From the NCBI GenBank assembly GCA_041548245.1, contig JBFESZ010000035.1, positions 1 through 19,425 of the forward strand: a DNA stretch of 19,425 nt. Reading direction: 5' to 3'. The first letter of the stretch is position 1. Every line of letters starts with the position of its first letter. The DNA is from Sulfurimonadaceae bacterium (GTDB lineage Bacteria > Campylobacterota > Campylobacteria > Campylobacterales > Sulfurimonadaceae). The notes below the pieces were generated by a model, which was given only the letters and a program-made list of their open reading frames with translations, did not search any database and was not told the origin of the DNA. Positions 7,381 through 15,883 of the stretch are shown here, piece by piece. The position numbers were made by a program, and so were the translations under genes.

Positions 7381-8544
7381 ATGACGGACAGAGCCCTTTT
7401 TTTATCAGTGTCATTGCTGATTACTATAGGAATAGTGCTGTCTTATTCTCTCTCTTCATATATTGTCATTCTCTTTGAGTACAATCCTTTTCATTTTGCT
7501 TTGCGACAGGCAGTTTTTGCTATATTGTCCATACTTGCTATGTGGTCGATTTCAAGGCTGGATGCAGACATATGGTTACATCGAATCGGTCTTACGTTGT
7601 TTATTTCAGGACTCTTTTTAATGGCAGTCATGCCCTTTTTGCCTGCGTCATTAGTCAGTGAAGTCGGTGGGGCAAAACGTTGGATTAAGATCCTAGGGTT
7701 TTCTCTTGCACCGGTGGAGTTTTTTAAAGTCGGATTCGTATATTTCTTGGCATGGAGTTTTACACGTAAATTGAGTTCGCATCACAGTGAACTGAGCTTG
7801 CGCGATGAGTTTACCCGTTTTATGCCATATGCCTTTGTCTTTGTCATTGTCATGTTTTTGATCGCCTTTATGCAAAATGACCTCGGACAAGTTGTAGTAC
7901 TGGGATTGACTTTGGCATTTTTGCTTTTTTTTGCCGGAAGTAGTTTTAAGTTTTTTCTCTCGTTGATCTCATTGGCCTTTACTTTTTTTATCTTTTTTAT
8001 TTTGACGGCTGAACACCGTTTGATACGTATCAAGTCGTGGTGGGCCTCTGTCCAAGGGTTTGTCTTGAGCCTTTTTCCTGAGTCGGTTGCGGAACATCTA
8101 AGGGTATCGGTGAGTGAGGAGCCGTATCAGATAGGACATTCGCTAAACGCGATTCATAACGGCGGTTTCTTTGGAACAGGATTGGCCAATGGGACCTTTA
8201 AACTTGGTTTTCTATCAGAAGTCCATACGGACTTTGTTTTAGCGGGTCTGGCAGAAGAGTTCGGGTTCTTCGGGGTATTGATTGTCACTATGATTGTGAT
8301 TGTTGTTTTACAGCGCATCTTTAAGATAGCCAATAGAAGTGACAATCCGATTTACTATCTTTTTAGTGTGGGGATAGGTCTTCTCTTCGCCTTTGCTTTT
8401 TTGATGAACGCTTATGGGATAAGCGGTTTGACGCCGATCAAGGGGATATCCGTTCCGTTCCTTTCCTATGGGGGTTCATCCATGCTTGCAGCCAGTATGG
8501 GTATGGGGATGGTACTGATGATTTCCAAGAAGATGCGGAAATGA
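7381..8544 (+). CDS. ftsW: SEDS-family peptidoglycan glycosyltransferase FtsW
   Basis: Polytopic membrane protein with GGAKRWI, PVEFFK, QNDLG, GGFFGTG, EVHTDFV, EEFG and PFLSYGGSS. It sits directly upstream of murG, which favours FtsW over RodA. Confidence 0.93.
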   Translation: MTDRALFLSVSLLITIGIVLSYSLSSYIVILFEYNPFHFALRQAVFAILSILAMWSISRLDADIWLHRIGLTLFISGLFLMAVMPFLPASLVSEVGGAKRWIKILGFSLAPVEFFKVGFVYFLAWSFTRKLSSHHSELSLRDEFTRFMPYAFVFVIVMFLIAFMQNDLGQVVVLGLTLAFLLFFAGSSFKFFLSLISLAFTFFIFFILTAEHRLIRIKSWWASVQGFVLSLFPESVAEHLRVSVSEEPYQIGHSLNAIHNGGFFGTGLANGTFKLGFLSEVHTDFVLAGLAEEFGFFGVLIVTMIVIVVLQRIFKIANRSDNPIYYLFSVGIGLLFAFAFLMNAYGISGLTPIKGISVPFLSYGGSSMLAASMGMGMVLMISKKMRK

Positions 8545-9557
8545 AGATATTAATAACCGGTGGCGGGACAGGCGGGCATTTGGCCATAGCCAGAAGTCTT
8601 CGAGACGCAGCGATAAAAGAGGGACATAATTGCTCTTTTGTCGGTTCAACATCAGGACAGGACCGAGCCTGGTTTGAAAATGATAAAAAATTTGACTCAG
8701 TGGAGTTTTTGAAGACGAGTGGAGTCGTTAACAAAAGAGGTCTGGGGAAACTGTTTTCACTTTGGTTGACGTTTAAAGCGATCCTCAAAGCACTCTCTTT
8801 CGTCAAGAAGGCTGAGTGTGTTATCAGCGTCGGTGGATTTTCGGCAGCACCGGCCTCATTTGCTGCCGTTTTGTTACGACGTCCCTATTTTATCCATGAA
8901 CAAAATGCGACTATCGGTCGTTTGAACAGATTGTTGCGTCCTTTTTCAAAAGCCTTCTTCAGCTCATACGAGGAGAACTCTTTAGTTAAAGACTATCCTG
9001 TAAGAGTAAGTTTTTTTAAGCATGCTAGAATCCGAAACAGAGTTAAAACGGTGATCTTTTTAGGGGGCTCACAGGGGGCACGTTTTATCAATGAACTTGC
9101 TATAAAAGTAGCACCTCTTCTTCAGAAAAAAGGTATCGATATCATACATCAAGCAGGCAAAGTAGAGCTTGAGAAGGTCAAAGAGGCATATGCGACATTA
9201 GGCATTCAAGCGGAAGTTTTTGACTTTAGGGATGATATCGATATCTTGATGCAAAAGAGCGATCTTGCAATCAGCCGGTCGGGTGCGAGTACTTTATGGG
9301 AACTGTGTGCATCGGCTTTGCCGGCTTTGTATATTCCCTATCCCTATGCTGCAGGTGATCATCAGTTTTATAATGCATCGTTTCTTTTGCAGAAAAGGGC
9401 ATCGTGGTTGGCGAGACAAGAGGATGATCCTTATACCCTCCTATTGCAGCTGCTAGATAAAGATATGAGACAAGAGAGTGAGATTTTGCAGACATTGATC
9501 AAAGCAGATGGAGCAGAGGCGATTATCAAAAAGGTTCAGGCGTGCTTACAGAACTGA
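8541..9557 (+). CDS. murG: Undecaprenyl-PP-MurNAc-pentapeptide GlcNAc transferase MurG
   Basis: TGGGTGGH, GGFSAAP, HEQN, GGSQGA, SRSGAST and HQFYNA motifs; ATGA overlap with ftsW. Confidence 0.97.
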   Translation: MKILITGGGTGGHLAIARSLRDAAIKEGHNCSFVGSTSGQDRAWFENDKKFDSVEFLKTSGVVNKRGLGKLFSLWLTFKAILKALSFVKKAECVISVGGFSAAPASFAAVLLRRPYFIHEQNATIGRLNRLLRPFSKAFFSSYEENSLVKDYPVRVSFFKHARIRNRVKTVIFLGGSQGARFINELAIKVAPLLQKKGIDIIHQAGKVELEKVKEAYATLGIQAEVFDFRDDIDILMQKSDLAISRSGASTLWELCASALPALYIPYPYAAGDHQFYNASFLLQKRASWLARQEDDPYTLLLQLLDKDMRQESEILQTLIKADGAEAIIKKVQACLQN

Positions 9558-10153
9558 CACAATGGGTTTTGAATACAGTTGGTGAGTGGGGATATGCAGG
9601 CATTGTGGTCATGATGGCTATCGAGAGCAGTTTTGTCCCTTTCCCGAGTGAAATCGTCATGATACCGGCAGGATATCTGGCCTATAAGGGTGAGATGAGC
9701 CTGGTTCCAGTCTTACTGGCCGGTTTTACCGGTTCAATGATCGGAGCATGGCTCAATTACTTTTTGGCGATAACCCTGGGAAGGAAGTTCCTTTACAAGT
9801 ATGGAAAATATCTCTTCATGGCAACAGAAACCCTTGAAAAAATGGAGAGGTTTTTTCAAGTACATGGGCCAGTATCCACCTTCAGCGGGCGTCTTATCCC
9901 CGGCGTAAGACAGCTTATATCTATTCCTGCAGGACTTTCCAAGATGCCTTTTGGTCTATTTAGTCTTTACACATTTCTGGGTGCTGGAATATGGTCAAGC
10001 ATATTGGTTGGCTTGGGATACATCTTGGGAGATAATGAAGAACTTATCAAAGCGTATCTGCATGAACTGGTATGGCTTTGCATAGGCTTAGTTGTATTAA
10101 TTGTCCTCACCTATATCTTCTTTAATAAGCGAAAAAGCAGTTGTGGCTCATGA
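9542..10153 (+). CDS. DedA family membrane protein
   Basis: IESSFVPFPSEIV and GRLIPGVRQLISIPAG DedA motifs. GTG start with AAGG SD at 9531-9534; overlaps the murG 3' end by 16 bp. Confidence 0.93.
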   Translation: MLTELTQWVLNTVGEWGYAGIVVMMAIESSFVPFPSEIVMIPAGYLAYKGEMSLVPVLLAGFTGSMIGAWLNYFLAITLGRKFLYKYGKYLFMATETLEKMERFFQVHGPVSTFSGRLIPGVRQLISIPAGLSKMPFGLFSLYTFLGAGIWSSILVGLGYILGDNEELIKAYLHELVWLCIGLVVLIVLTYIFFNKRKSSCGS

Positions 10154-10250
10154 AGCTCTAGTGGTATCCAAGCATTTTTAGATGGTGTTTGCGAAGCTTT
10201 TCCGAATTACCTTAATCTGCCCCTTAAACCTATTTTTACTCCTATTTCGC

Positions 10251-10304
10251 TATAATCGCGTACTTTTTTAATATGAAGACTCTTGTAAGAGTCTTTCTAC
10301 AAGG
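10251..10304 (+). promoter_or_regulatory. alaS promoter/leader: -10 box, palindrome and SD
   Basis: gcTATAAT at 10251-10256; AAGACTCTT-GT-AAGAGTCTT at 10276-10295; AAGG at 10301-10304. Confidence 0.65.
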
Positions 10305-10311
10305 CGATGAT

Positions 10312-12864
10312 ATGGACGTTCGTAAAGCGTTTTTAGACTATTTTGAGTCAAAGGGACATGCCAAAGTGGCCAGTGCTCCTTTAGTACCTGATGATGCAAC
10401 ACTTCTTTTTAATAATGCAGGCATGGTGCCTTTTAAGTCAATCTTTACCGGCGAAGTTCCTACGCCTTCAAATCCACGTGCGACATCGTGTCAAACCTGT
10501 TTAAGAGCAGGCGGAAAACACAACGACCTTGAAAACGTCGGGCATACTGCGCGTCACCATACTTTCTTTGAGATGCTTGGAAACTTCTCGTTTGGAGACT
10601 ATTTCAAAGAAGAAGCAATCGCTTATGCATGGGAGTTCATTACTGAGGTGCTGGAGTTACCGATAGAAAAGTTATGGGTGACTGTTCACGAGAGTGATGA
10701 TGAGGCGGAAGAGATCTGGAAGAAATATGTCGCGGCTGATCGTATTATGCGTTTGGGTGATAAAGACAACTTCTGGCAGATGGGTGATACTGGTCCGTGC
10801 GGACCGTGTTCAGAAATCTTTTATGATCAGGGTGAAGAGAACTTTAGCGGTCCTGAAGACTATATGGGTGGGGATGGTGACAGGTTTTTAGAAATCTGGA
10901 ACCTTGTTTTCATGCAATATGAGCGTGATAAGTCCGGTAGCTTAACACCACTTCCTAAGCCGTCCATCGATACAGGTATGGGCTTGGAACGTGTTATGGC
11001 AGTAAAAGAGGGTGCTTTATCCAACTATGATACCTCGTTGTTCATGCCGATGATCAATAAGGTCGAAGAGTTTACAGGTAAGAAATATGAGTATAAGAGC
11101 GGTGCTTCATATCGCGTTATTGCCGATCATATCCGTACGGCTGTTTTCTTGCTCTCTCAGGATACCAACTTCTCTAACGAGGGTCGTGGGTATGTTCTTC
11201 GCCGTATTTTACGTCGTGCTGTTCGTCACGGTTATCTTTTGGGTCTACGCGAAGCATTTATGTATAAAATTGTAGATACTCTGGTAGAACAGATGAAAGA
11301 GGTTTACCCTTATCTTGAGACCAAGGCAGAAGCAGTCAAAACACAGATTCAGCTTGAGGAAGAGCGTTTCTTTAAAACAATTGCAGATGGGATTGAGCTT
11401 TTTAATGCCGAACTGGAAAATACGAAAGATGTTTTTTCTGGCGAAGTGGCCTTTAAGCTTTATGATACTTTTGGGTTCCCGTTGGATCTGACAGAGGATA
11501 TGCTTAAAGAGAAGAATCTCAAGATTGACTCGGCAAAGTTTGATGCACTGATGAAAGAGCAGAGAGAACGTGCAAAAGCGGCTTGGAAAGGTTCTGGCGA
11601 CGCAGTCACGGAGGGTGACTTCAAAGCCCTGCTTGAAAAATTCGGAAAGAATGAATTTACAGGGTATGAAAGCAATGCCAATGAAGCAACCGTACTAGCA
11701 CTCTTAAGCGAGGATTTTAAAATCGTTGATGAGCTTCACAGTCTGCATACGGGTTGGGTACTTCTAGACAAGACACCTTTTTATGCTGAGAGCGGTGGAC
11801 AAGTTGGCGATATTGGTGTCATCGAAGGTCATGCAGGCGTAACAGATACACGTAAGTTTTTTGATCTTAATCTTTCGCATATTGAAGTGAAAGAGACGAT
11901 AAAAACAGGTGATAAAGTCAATGCTATCGTTGATATCAATCGTTTGGAGATTGAAAAACACCACTCGGCTACACACCTTTTACATGCAGCTTTGTATGAT
12001 GTCCTGGGCGAGCATGTATCACAGGCAGGTTCACTTAATGATGCCACACGCCTTCGTTTCGACTTCTCTCATCCAAAGGCGATGACAGCAGCAGAAATAG
12101 CTGAAGTGGAAGAGCAGGTTAATTATCAGATTCTTCGCGGTATCGCAGGAGTGACTAAGGAGATGAGCATTGATGAGGCGAAAAACTCCGGTGCCAAAGC
12201 CCAGTTTGGTGAGAAGTACGGCGATCAGGTCCGAGTTGTCAGTTTCGGTGATGCCAGTGTTGAGCTGTGTGGAGGAACACACGTAAGTAATACAGCTTCA
12301 ATTGGGACTTTTGTCATCACCAAAGAGTCGGGCGTCTCAGCAGGTGTGCGTCGTATCGAAGCAGTCTGTGGAAATGCAGCGTATAACCTTTTCAAAGAAC
12401 AGCGCCATATACTTCTTCAAGTCGAAGAAGAGGTTAAAAACCGAGATGTCGTTCTTGGTGTAACTAAACTTAAAGAGCAGATCAAGGTACTTAAAAATGA
12501 GGTCCAAGAAGCAATGACTGCCTCTAAAGAGGAACTTGGATCAGAATCTGTCAATGGAGTGACTGTCATCGTAGAAGAGATCAAAAGCGGTGATGTGAAG
12601 ACGCGTATTGACGAGCTTAAGAATGAAAACCAATCTTTGTGTGCAATGTTATTCCAAGTAAAAGGTGATAAAGTTTTGATTGCAGCCGGTGTCAAAGAGG
12701 CTAATGCAAAAGCAGGCGATTGGATCAAGCAGATCGCTCCAATTCTTGGAGGAGGCGGTGGAGGCCGTCCTGATTTTGCTCAAGCGGGTGGAAAAGACCC
12801 GTCTAGACTTGAAGACGCAAAAGCAGCATCATTATCTTATATTAAAGAGGAACTTAGTAAATGA
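10312..12864 (+). CDS. alaS: Alanine--tRNA ligase
   Basis: [45 protein letters not shown], editing domain HSATH...ELCGGTH and C-Ala GGGGGG. I moved the start to ATG 10312 (MDVRKAFL), which has an SD and matches the usual AlaRS N-terminus. Confidence 0.98.
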   Translation: MDVRKAFLDYFESKGHAKVASAPLVPDDATLLFNNAGMVPFKSIFTGEVPTPSNPRATSCQTCLRAGGKHNDLENVGHTARHHTFFEMLGNFSFGDYFKEEAIAYAWEFITEVLELPIEKLWVTVHESDDEAEEIWKKYVAADRIMRLGDKDNFWQMGDTGPCGPCSEIFYDQGEENFSGPEDYMGGDGDRFLEIWNLVFMQYERDKSGSLTPLPKPSIDTGMGLERVMAVKEGALSNYDTSLFMPMINKVEEFTGKKYEYKSGASYRVIADHIRTAVFLLSQDTNFSNEGRGYVLRRILRRAVRHGYLLGLREAFMYKIVDTLVEQMKEVYPYLETKAEAVKTQIQLEEERFFKTIADGIELFNAELENTKDVFSGEVAFKLYDTFGFPLDLTEDMLKEKNLKIDSAKFDALMKEQRERAKAAWKGSGDAVTEGDFKALLEKFGKNEFTGYESNANEATVLALLSEDFKIVDELHSLHTGWVLLDKTPFYAESGGQVGDIGVIEGHAGVTDTRKFFDLNLSHIEVKETIKTGDKVNAIVDINRLEIEKHHSATHLLHAALYDVLGEHVSQAGSLNDATRLRFDFSHPKAMTAAEIAEVEEQVNYQILRGIAGVTKEMSIDEAKNSGAKAQFGEKYGDQVRVVSFGDASVELCGGTHVSNTASIGTFVITKESGVSAGVRRIEAVCGNAAYNLFKEQRHILLQVEEEVKNRDVVLGVTKLKEQIKVLKNEVQEAMTASKEELGSESVNGVTVIVEEIKSGDVKTRIDELKNENQSLCAMLFQVKGDKVLIAAGVKEANAKAGDWIKQIAPILGGGGGGRPDFAQAGGKDPSRLEDAKAASLSYIKEELSK

Positions 12865-13397
12865 AACAAGCAATGACAGACCTTTTCTGGGCTTATCCTG
12901 AAGCGATAGTCTTTTTACATGTGATCTCTGCCGTGATTTGGGTCGGTGGGATGATTGCAATGCGTTTCGCTGCACATCAGTCATTTGTACGTGTAGAAGA
13001 GCCACGTATCAGATTGGAACGTATAGCACATGCTTTAAAACGTCTTTTCACAATCGTATGGCCCTTTGTAATTGTATTGATCATCACGGCCGTACTTATG
13101 TCGGTTGGCTGGAACTATCGTAACCTAGCGGTTGATGAGGGTGGAAATGTCATTGATGAACAAGCGATGAAAATGTACAACTGGGTACATGTCAAAGAGG
13201 CAATTTGGATGTTAATGGCAATGAATTTGGGAGTGATGATGTTCTTACGTTCGAAAGCCGAAAAACTTTTGGGTGAAGATAAGATAAATGAAGCCAAGAA
13301 AAAATTAGGCCTGATTGGAAAATATATGGTACCAATTAATATTATTCTTGGAGTTTGTGCTATCTTTTTAGGTGTAGTACTCCGTCACGCCCATTAA
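12861..13397 (+). CDS. Four-TM membrane protein, CopD/HemJ-like superfamily (paralogue 1)
   Basis: [13 protein letters not shown] (HxxxAxxWxGG, CopD-like), WVHVK, Met-rich third helix and C-terminal RHAH; ATGA overlap with alaS. Confidence 0.7.
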   Translation: MKQAMTDLFWAYPEAIVFLHVISAVIWVGGMIAMRFAAHQSFVRVEEPRIRLERIAHALKRLFTIVWPFVIVLIITAVLMSVGWNYRNLAVDEGGNVIDEQAMKMYNWVHVKEAIWMLMAMNLGVMMFLRSKAEKLLGEDKINEAKKKLGLIGKYMVPINIILGVCAIFLGVVLRHAH

Positions 13398-13404
13398 TTT
13401 TCTC

Positions 13405-13438
13405 TATTCTTCAACTCTCTTTCTGGGAGAGAAGAATA
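13405..13438 (+). terminator. Stem-loop after paralogue 1 (possible terminator or 3' stabiliser)
   Basis: TATTCTTC (13405-13412) pairs with GAAGAATA (13431-13438), with an inner TCTCTT/GGGAGA stem. No U-tract follows. Confidence 0.35.
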
Positions 13439-13573
13439 TCATATAAAAATTACTTATTTACCACGCTTTATCACATTTCTGACTATCCTCTTTTAATATA
13501 AAAAATAATAATAAAATATTAAGAAACAGTGCGTTAATATCCCCCAACTTTATAGTGAATAAGGAAACAATTA

Positions 13574-14110
13574 ATGCGTGATACCGTCTATTTTATAATG
13601 AGTACCTTTCCAAACCAGATCATCTTTTTACATATCATCAGTGCCGTGGTATGGGTAGGTGGAATGGTCGCAGCACGATATGGTCGGGTCAAGCCACTTA
13701 AAACGCTGAGCGAACCGGATGAGTACATATACGAAACTCAACGATATACCCGTTTTTTCAAACTGATGACTCCTTTTATTGTACTGCTTTTTATCACTTC
13801 GGTGATTATGGCGCTTGGGTATCACGCGAATGCCTATGACGAAGATGGTTTTATTCTTGATCAGAGTGCTGTAGAACTTTTGAAGATGATTCATACTAAA
13901 GGTGGGATCTGGACGGTAATGGCTATGAATATGGGATTGATGGCATGGATCAACAATAAAGCATCGAAGAGTTTTGTCGCATGCAGTAATGTTAAAGAGT
14001 GTAAACGTTGTAAAGAGGCACTAGAGATCATATTCAACTATTTGATGCCAGCGAACATTATCTTGGGAGCTGTAGAGATTATGCTAGGTGTCATTTTCAG
14101 CAACTCTTGA
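13574..14110 (+). CDS. Four-TM membrane protein, CopD/HemJ-like superfamily (paralogue 2) with a Cys-X5-Cys-X2-Cys loop
   Basis: FLHIISAVVWVGG, IHTK, MAMNMG and PANIILG are shared with paralogue 1; CSNVKECKRC is unique to this copy. SD AAGGA at 13561-13565. Confidence 0.7.
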   Translation: MRDTVYFIMSTFPNQIIFLHIISAVVWVGGMVAARYGRVKPLKTLSEPDEYIYETQRYTRFFKLMTPFIVLLFITSVIMALGYHANAYDEDGFILDQSAVELLKMIHTKGGIWTVMAMNMGLMAWINNKASKSFVACSNVKECKRCKEALEIIFNYLMPANIILGAVEIMLGVIFSNS

Positions 14111-14149
14111 TTAAGAGAAAATCTTTATAACATATAGGTATAATTACCT

Positions 14150-14707
14150 ATGAAAACTAAACAACTTCGACTCTGCTCACAGTCTCCGAGCAGAGCTTTA
14201 CTCCTTAGTAATGCAAACGTAGACTTTGTACAGTCGCCTGTGGATTATGATGAAGATCAGATCATAGCAATATCACCAAAAAACTTTGTCTATCAGGCCA
14301 CATTTGGAAAATATCATGCCGCACTTAAGCGGTATGACTATCATGAGCTTCCTCTGCTTTGCGCTGATACCGTCATCACGTCAGAGAATAAAATCTTGCG
14401 TAAAGCAAAAGATATCAATGAAGCACGCCAGATACTTTTGACACAGAGTGGAAGTGTGACGTCCATCGTGTCTTGCATGATCTACAAAAGTGAACGACTT
14501 GAGTTGATTGATATATCGACAACGGATTATCTGTTTGATGAGTTTGACAGAGAAGATTTGGAAGCCTATCTTCAGTCGGGCCAATGGGAAGGAAAGGCCG
14601 GAGGATGTATGGTCGAAGGGTTTTGCAAGCCATACATCAAAGCGGTAAAAGGCTACGAATCCTGTGCCATGGGTCTTAGTGTTGAAAAGCTTTTACCATG
14701 GATATGA
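14150..14707 (+). CDS. maf: Maf family nucleoside triphosphate pyrophosphatase
   Basis: LCSQSPSR, DYDE, CADTV, ILRK, KAGG and MGL motifs; the alaS-maf linkage is also found in Campylobacter and Helicobacter. Confidence 0.92.
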   Translation: MKTKQLRLCSQSPSRALLLSNANVDFVQSPVDYDEDQIIAISPKNFVYQATFGKYHAALKRYDYHELPLLCADTVITSENKILRKAKDINEARQILLTQSGSVTSIVSCMIYKSERLELIDISTTDYLFDEFDREDLEAYLQSGQWEGKAGGCMVEGFCKPYIKAVKGYESCAMGLSVEKLLPWI

Positions 14708-14758
14708 ATATATGGTTTTAGTAGAGAATACACAAAAACCGGCAGAAGGGTATTATTG

Positions 14759-15853
14759 ATGTTTTACGAAAAGGAACTTGCTGCTTTAAAGCGTTCCGGA
14801 AGATACCGTGAACGCCGTCTTTTTGATGAGCAGATAATCGATTTAGCATCGAATGATTATCTGGGCCTAGCCGAAAAAAAAGAGCTTTTAGAAGAGGCGT
14901 ATGATCGTTTGTCATCATACGGAATTCACGCATCAAAAGCTTCAATGCTGGTCAATGGTTATCACCGTATTCATGCCGATTTCGAAAAGGCCCTTTGTCA
15001 AGCCAACGGTTTTGAGGCCGGTGTTGTCTTGGGATCGGGATTTAATGCAAATATTGCATTGATTGAGTCATTGGTTCGTAAGGGAGACGAACTTTTTATG
15101 GATGAGAAATATCACGCCTCGGGCGTGATGGCTACAGGACTTAATGGGGGAATAGTACGTTATTTCAGGCATAACGATGCAATTGAGTTGGAAGAGATGC
15201 TTAAAGGCTCTAGGGCAAAACGGAAAATCATTGCGGTAGAGGGTATATATTCGATGGATGCAGATCTGTTGAACAGAGAGATAATAGAGCTTGCGAATAG
15301 GTATGGGGCCATATTGATTTTGGATGAAGCGCACAGTTCAGGGGTCATTGGAAAGAATCTGATGGGAATACTTGATTACTATGGGCTTGCTGTCCGGGAT
15401 AATTATATTAAGATGGGTACCTTGGGCAAGGCCTATGGAAGTTTTGGCGCTTATATACTTGCGTCGGAGCATATCGTGGATTACCTCATTAACAGAGCAA
15501 AACCTATTATCTATGCGACGGCACCTTCACTTTTTGATACGCTCCTTGGACATGTCTCACTGGAGTACATTCAAAAAAACGCTCCTGTGCTACAGGCCAA
15601 AATCAAACAATATCAAGCCATCGTTTATGAGGTTTTAGGGATAAAGTCTGACGGATTGATCATCCCTATTGACATAGCTGATAATAGAAAAGTGATACAG
15701 ATACAGGCTGAACTGATGAAGGAGAACTATCTTGTCGGTGCAATTCGACAGCCAACAGTAGAGTCTGCTATTATCCGTCTCATCGCTCGTTTGGGCGTTG
15801 ATGAAGATGAACTCTCACAGGCCTGTAAACTTATAAAAAGTAAAATTGGATAA
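14759..15853 (+). CDS. bioF: PLP-dependent alpha-oxoamine synthase, probably 8-amino-7-oxononanoate synthase
   Basis: DLASNDYLGL, SGFNAN, HAS, FRHND, EGIYSMD, DEAHS, GTLGKAYG (PLP lysine) and AIRQPTV. ATG 14759 has AAGGG 8 nt upstream. Confidence 0.78.
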   Translation: MFYEKELAALKRSGRYRERRLFDEQIIDLASNDYLGLAEKKELLEEAYDRLSSYGIHASKASMLVNGYHRIHADFEKALCQANGFEAGVVLGSGFNANIALIESLVRKGDELFMDEKYHASGVMATGLNGGIVRYFRHNDAIELEEMLKGSRAKRKIIAVEGIYSMDADLLNREIIELANRYGAILILDEAHSSGVIGKNLMGILDYYGLAVRDNYIKMGTLGKAYGSFGAYILASEHIVDYLINRAKPIIYATAPSLFDTLLGHVSLEYIQKNAPVLQAKIKQYQAIVYEVLGIKSDGLIIPIDIADNRKVIQIQAELMKENYLVGAIRQPTVESAIIRLIARLGVDEDELSQACKLIKSKIG

Positions 15854-15883
15854 AATATCTTAATTTTAATGAGTTGAGATCTA

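Noticed and set aside
10273..10311. 13-aa N-terminal extension of AlaRS in the ORF track
   Set aside because: ATG 10273 has no SD and lies about 10 nt from the predicted TSS. ATG 10312 has an SD and the usual N-terminus.
13493..13522. TTAATAT-N16-ATATTAA dyad and (AAT)n runs, also near 18640-18655, as Fur/PerR boxes
   Set aside because: The region is almost pure A/T, so such matches are expected by chance, and it does not fit the Fur 7-1-7 consensus convincingly.
14712..14759. 15-codon ORF (MVLVENTQKPAEGYY) and a GGTTTT...AAAACC dyad before bioF, as a leader peptide or BirA operator
   Set aside because: The SD is weak and bioF has its own SD. The dyad is in the opposite orientation to the AACC-N-GGTT core of BirA sites.
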